A stretch of 64,000 bases of DNA, from positions 1 through 64,000 of the forward strand of contig CATOCA020000012.1 in assembly GCA_951406725.2 (NCBI GenBank), in the 5' to 3' direction. The DNA is from Octopus vulgaris. Its lineage: Eukaryota. Shown here piece by piece: positions 57,895 to 64,000 of this stretch (positions within the stretch are counted from its first letter, which is position 1; each line of letters begins with the position of its first letter). The position numbers and the translations under genes are program-made. Below the pieces are notes generated by a model, which saw only the letters and a program-made list of their open reading frames with translations, ran no database searches and was not told the DNA's origin.

Positions 57895-60800
57895 GTGGCC
57901 CTGAATTACATGCACCTGAATGTCCTGCCCCTTAATTACATGGCCCTGAATTACATGGCCCTGAATTACATGACCCTGTATTACCTGCCCTTGAATTACC
58001 TGTACCTGAGTTACATGTCCCTGAATTACATGCACCTGAATTACCTGCCCGTCAATTACCTTCCCCTGAATTACATATCCCTGAATTACATGTCCCTGAA
58101 TGACATTCCTCTAAATTACCAACCGCTGCATTACCTGCCCCTGGATTACATTACCCCTGAATTACCCGCCCCTGAATTACATGCCCGAATTACATGCCCC
58201 TGAATTTCATGCCCCTGAATTAACTGCCCCTCAATTACCTGCTCCTTAATTACATGGCCCTGAATTTCCTGCCCCTTAATTACATGCCCCTGTATTACCT
58301 GCCCTTGAATTACCTGCCCCTGAGTTACATGTCCCTGAATTACCTGCCCCTCAATTACCTTTCCCTGAATTACATGCCCCTGAATTACATGTCCCGGAAT
58401 TATCTGCCAATGAATGACATTCCTCTAAATTACCTGCCCCTGAATTACATACCCCTGAATTACCTTCCCCTAAATTACATGCATCTGAATTACCTGCCCC
58501 TGAATTACAAACACCTGAATTAGATGCCCCTGAATTACCTGCCCCTCAATTACATGCACATGAATGACCTGACCCTGAATGATATGCCCCTCAATTATCT
58601 ATCCCTAAATTACCTGCCCCGGAATTACCTGCCCGTGAATGTCATGCCCCTGGATTAACTGCCCCTGAATTACATGCCCCTGAATAACATACACCAGAAT
58701 AAGATACACCTGAATTACCTGCCCCAAAATTAAATACCCCTGAATTACCTGCCCCTAAATTACATGCATCTGAATTACATGGCCCTGAATTATCTGCCCC
58801 TCAATTACATGCCTCTTAATTACATGCACCTGTATGACCTGACCCTGAATTATCTATCCCTAAATTACCTGCCCATGAATTACCTGCCCGTGAATGACAT
58901 GCCCCTGAATTACCTGCACCTAGATTACCTGCCCCAGAATTACATGCCCCTGAATTACCTGCCCATGAATGACATTCCTCTAAATTACCTGTCCCTGAAT
59001 TACCTTCCTCTGAATTACCCACCCATGAATTACATGCCCCTGAATTACATGCCCCTGAATTACCTACCCCTGAATTAACTACCCCTCAATTACATGCCCC
59101 TGGATTACCTAACCCAGAATTACATGCACCTGGATTACCTAACCCAGAATTACATGCACCTGAATTACATGCCCCTTAATTACATGCCCCTGAATTACCT
59201 GCACCTGAATGACATGCCCCTGAATTACCTCCCCCTGAATTACCATCCCCTGAATTTCATGCCCATGAATTACCTGCCCCTGAATGACCTGCCCCTTAAT
59301 TACATACCCCTGGATTACCTGTCCCTGAATAACCTATACCTGAATAACCTGACACTCAATAATCTGCCCCTGAAGTTCCTGCCCCTAAATTACCTTCCCC
59401 TGAATTACATGCCCCTGAATTACCTGCCCATGAATTACATGCACCTGAATTACATGCCCCTGAATTACATACACCTGAATTACCTGCCCCTGAGTCTGAA
59501 TTACCTGCTCCTGAATTACATACACCTGAATTACATGCCTTTGAATTAACTGCCCCTAAATTATGGGCCCCTGAATTACCTGTCGCTGAATGACATGCCC
59601 CTCAATCACCAGCCCATGAATGACATTCCTATAAATTACCTGTCCCTGAATTACCCCTGAATTACCTTCCCCTGAATTACCTGCCCCTGAATTACCTGCC
59701 CCTCAATCACCTGCGCATGAATGACATCCCTATAAATTACCTTTCCCTGAATTACCCCTGAATTACACTCTAAATTACCGGCCCCTGAATTACATGCCCC
59801 TGAATTACATGCCCCTGATTACCTGCCCCTAAATTACCTGCCCATGAATGACATTCCTCTAAATTACCTGTCCCTGAATTACCCCTGAATTACCTTCCCC
59901 TGAAATATATTGCTCTGAATTACCCACCCACGAATTACATGCCCCTGAATTACCTACCCCTGAATTACATACACCTGAATTACATGCCCCTCAATTACCT
60001 GCACCTCAATTACATGCCCCTGAATTACATGCACCTGAATTACCTGCACCTGAATTACATGGCCCTGAAATACATTGCTCTGAATTCCCCACCAACGAAT
60101 TACATGCCCTTGAATTACATGCCCCTGAATTACCTTCCCCAGAATTACATACATCTGAATTACATGCCCCTCAATTACCTGCACCTCAATTCCATGCCCC
60201 TGAATTACATGCCCCTGAATTACATAAACCCTGAATTACCTGCCCCTCAATTACCTGCGTCTGAATTACCTTGCTCTGAATGACATGCCCCTTAATTACT
60301 TAACCCTGAAGTACCTGCCCCTGAATTACCTGCCACTAAATTACATGCATCTAAATTACATGCATCTGAATTACCTGCCCCTGAATTACAAACACCTGAA
60401 TTACATGACCCTGAATTACCTGCCCCTCAATTACATGTCTCTTAATTACATGCACCTGAATGACCTGCCCCTGAATGACATGTCTCTGAATTGTCTATCC
60501 CTAAATTATCTGCCCCTGAATTACCTGCCCGTGAATGACATACCCCTGAAATACCTGCACCTAGATTACCTGCCCCTGAATTACATTTCATCTGAATTAC
60601 CTGCCCATGAATGACATTCCTATAAATTACCTGTCCCTAAATTACCCCTGAATTACATTCCTCTGAATTACCTGCCCCTGAATTACCTGCCCCTGGATTA
60701 CCTTCCCCTCAATTACCCGCCCATGAATTACATGCCCCTGAATTAAATGCCCCTGAATTACATACATCTGAATTATCAGCTCCTGAATTACATGCCCCTG

Positions 60801-61341
60801 AATTATCTGCCTCTGAGTCCCTGAATTACATGCCCGTGAATTACCTGCCCCTCAATTACCTACCCATGAATTACATACACCTGAATTACCTGCCCGTGAA
60901 TTACCTGCCCCTAAAATACATGCCCCTGAATGACATGCCCCTCAATTACCTGCCCATGAATTACATGCCCCTGAACTACCTGCCCCTTAATTACATGTCC
61001 CTGAATTATCTGCCAATGAATGACATACCTCTAAATTACCTGCCCCTGAATTACATACCCCTGAATTACCTGCCTCTAAATTACTACATGCATCTGAATT
61101 ACCTGCCCCTGAATTACAAACACCTGAATTACCTGCCCCTCAATTACATGCCTCTTAATTACATGCACATGAATGATCTGACCCTGAATGATATGCCCCT
61201 GAATTATCTATCCCTAAATTACCTGCCCGGAATTACCTGCCAGTGAATGACACACCTCTGGATTAACTGCCCCTGAATAACCTGCCCCTGAATAACATAC
61301 ACCTGAATTACCTTCCCCAGAATTACATGCCCCTGAATTAC
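57895..61341. repeat. 15-bp C-rich minisatellite (CCCTGAATTACMTGC)n, roughly 230 copies, running into an assembly gap
   Basis: Strict 15-bp periodicity; gives spurious LNY(M/L)P pentapeptide ORFs. Confidence 0.97.
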
Positions 61342-61441
61342 NNNNNNNNNNNNNNNNNNNNNNNNNNNNNNNNNNNNNNNNNNNNNNNNNNNNNNNNNNN
61401 NNNNNNNNNNNNNNNNNNNNNNNNNNNNNNNNNNNNNNNNN
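61342..61441. other. Assembly gap (100 N)
   Basis: Run of exactly 100 N, typical of an unsized scaffolding gap. Confidence 0.99.
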
Positions 61442-61665
61442 AACCCTAACCCTAACCCTAACCCAACCCCAACCTTAACCCTAACCCCAACCCAACCCCA
61501 ACCCTAACCCTAACCCCAACCCAACCCTAACCCTAACCCTAACCCTAACCCTAACCCTAACCCTAACCCTAACCCTAACCCTAACCCTAACCCTAACCCT
61601 AACCCTAACCCTAACCCTAACCCTAACCCTAAACCCTAAACCCTAACCCTAACCCAACCCCAACC

Positions 61666-61706
<41 letters not shown>

Positions 61707-61851
61707 CCCTAACCCTAACCCCAACCCTAACCCTAACCCTAACCCTAACCCCAACCCTAACCCTAACCCCAACCCTAACCCTAACCCTAACCCTAACCCT
61801 AACCCTAACCCCTAACCCTAACCCTAACCCTAACCCTAACCCTAACCCTAA
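61442..61851 (-). repeat. Telomeric array (CCCTAA)n at a contig start
   Basis: About 410 bp of nearly pure CCCTAA immediately after the gap. Confidence 0.97.
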
Positions 61852-64000
61852 TTTAATAATATGCGAGGGGAGTAACTCTAGAAAGGGAGATAACTAAAAA
61901 AAACTCTTCCAGGGTTACCTCCCTTACATCTAATTAAATTACTATTATGTATTATTAAATTGAAATGTTCAAGGGAAGTAACTCTAGAAAGGGAGATAAC
62001 TAAAAAAAATCTCCCAGTTACCTCCCTTATATCTAATTCAATTACTATTATTTGTTATTAATTTAATGTATTCAAGGGGAGTAACTCTAGGAAGGGAGAT
62101 TTACTCCCCTTGAATACTTCAATTTAATAACACAATAGTAATTTAATTAGATAAAGGAGGTAACTCTGGAAGATTTTTTAGTTATCTCCTTTCTAGAGTT
62201 ATCCCTTGAACATTTCAATTTAATAATACATATTAATTTAATTAGATGTAAGGGAGGTAACTCTGGAAGATTTTTTAGTTCTCTACAGAGGAAGATAACT
62301 AAAAAATCTTCCAGAGTTACCTCCCTTATATCTAATTAAATTACTATTATGTATTATTAAATTGAAATGTTCAAGGGGAGTAACTCTAGAAAGGGAGATA
62401 ACTAAAAGATCTTCCAGAGTTACCTCCCTTACATCTAATTGAATTACTAATATGTATTATTAAATTGAAATATTCAAGGGGAGTAAATCTCCTAGAGATA
62501 TATAAAAAAATCTTCAAAAGTTACCTCCCTTACATTTAATTAAATAACGACTATTATCAAACTGTGTCATGGAAGCTAATTAACTCTACAATATAATGTT
62601 CAGACGTAACACTTTTACTCCTTTCCTTGTTTAGTCATTTCAATGTGCCCATGCTGGAGCACAGCGTTTTCTAGAGCAAATCGACACTAGGACTTTTATC
62701 TACGTCAGTCTAGTATTTATTCTGTTGGTCTTCTTTTCCCGAACGGATAGGTTAATGGAGTGTAAAATTCACCGACATCGCTTGTGAAACGGTTTTGGGG
62801 ACATCGAAACACACACATATATACATATATATAAACATCTATATGTATATACATGTTTCTCTCTATATATATATTGCAGAAACAATACTGCTGTCTTTAG
62901 TGTTCCCACTGATATTGACGTAAGAGAAGCGAACGAAGTTGACTCCCAACACAAAATTGCAGACATAACCTTCACTCCCTCTGACATCGTAGCAGCAATA
63001 AATGAGGTCAAATACTACTCTGCTGTAGGCCCTGATAGATTCCCCGTTAGTCTCCTGAAGGAATGTAAACACCAACTTGCAGTCCCACTGACCAACCTCT
63101 GGAGAAATTCGTTAGATGCAGGTATATACCAAAACAGTTTCTATCCCAGTCAGTCATCCCGGTTTTCAAACAGGGAAACAGATCCCTCGCACTCAACTAT
63201 CGCCCAATCTCACTCACCTCCCACATCATAAAAGTGTTTGAAAGGGTGTTAAGATCAAGGATGGCTGACTTCCTGGAGACCCACAAACTCCTATATGCAA
63301 ATCAGCATGGCTTTCGCTGTGGCAGGGACTGTCTAACACGGCTCTGACACCACATTGAAGATGTACTCAAAGCCTTGGGAACAGGTTCGAACTCTGATGT
63401 CATATATCTTGACTTCAGTAAAGCGTTCGACAGGGTAGACCATAATATCCTACTCTCAAAATTGGCAAATGTTGGAATCCGTGGAAAAGTTCTACACTGG
63501 ATCAAGTATTTCCTGGCGAATACAACACAACATGTTGTAGTTGATGGAGTCCACTCAAGCCAAGCAAAAGTCACCAGCGGTGTCCCTCAGGGGTCTGTCT
63601 TGGGTCCGCTACTCTTCATAATCTACATAAACGACCTTTCCAGTGTCGTACATTACTGCAAAGTGAACATATTTGCTGATGACACCAAGCTCCAGCAAAT
63701 CGTCAATGAAGAAGCAGACCGATCCAGGTATGTAGATACGGGGTGCTTAACACTCGCAAATCTGGAGTCACTAAAGGTGCAATTGAACTTCTTTTCATTT
63801 AGAACTTAGGGATCTGCAAATGTCGGTATCTTAGAGATGCTTAAAGTGTTTGTTCTAGCTGTAATTGTCGCATACAAACAGACGCTCACACACGTATACA
63901 CAGAAATAAAAACATTCACACAAACACAAACACTGAAATGAAAACAGTTACATACCTACACATGCACACACACAAATAGAAATGAAAATAGTCACACACA
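61852..64000 (+). repeat. Near-identical second copy of the telomere-adjacent segment 54358-56480 (offset ~7.5 kb)
   Basis: Same hairpin repeats, SINE fragment, LINE fragment and downstream sequence; ORFs 55856-56290 and 63375-63809 have the same translation. Confidence 0.96.
62874..63722 (+). pseudogene. LINE B RT fragment, third copy
   Basis: Same sequence and breakpoints as 55355-56203. Confidence 0.9.

Noticed and set aside
57895-61246. LNY(M/L)P pentapeptide-repeat proteins
   Set aside because: In-frame artefact of a 15-bp minisatellite, with scattered stops and frameshifts.
55355-63809. Telomere-specific retrotransposon (TRAS/SART/Athena) or TERT
   Set aside because: The RT is a CR1/L2-type fragment ~1 kb from the telomeric tract, separated by other repeats, disrupted, and with identical breakpoints between copies, so it was duplicated passively.

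Overview
Repeat-dense eukaryotic (animal) DNA with no intact host gene. Dense (TA)n/(TG)n microsatellites, two tRNA-derived SINE families, CR1-group LINEs, Helitrons and TTAGGG repeats suggest an octopus/cephalopod genome (inference). Layout: (1) 1-3190, a CpG-rich ~120-bp satellite, then a CpG-rich duplicated-motif region; (2) ~4370-27480, four tandem copies of a 5.2-6.6 kb composite unit of SINEs, SINE-derived ~180-bp arrays and microsatellites, with more partial copies at ~35130-37960 and ~46580-49030; (3) ~27390-45490, short Helitrons, a foldback element, a near-complete degenerate CR1-type LINE, and a 7.5-kb Rep/Hel Helitron that sits inside a SINE and is itself interrupted by a LINE; (4) ~49250-64000, a telomere-associated domain: an inverted subtelomere-like segment ending in TTAGGG repeats, a broken death-domain-like exon, variant and pure (CCCTAA)n tracts, and a unit [telomeric tract, AT-rich hairpin repeat, SINE piece, LINE RT fragment] present again after a 15-bp minisatellite and a 100-N gap. 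Most short ORFs in the track are microsatellite or antisense artefacts. Most notable: the head-to-head telomere architecture with three different telomere junctions in one hairpin repeat, a SINE/LINE shared 3' stem-loop, a head-to-tail Helitron dimer with end-swapped relatives, and fold-back palindromes centred on (TA)n. All calls come from reading the sequence; no searches were run.
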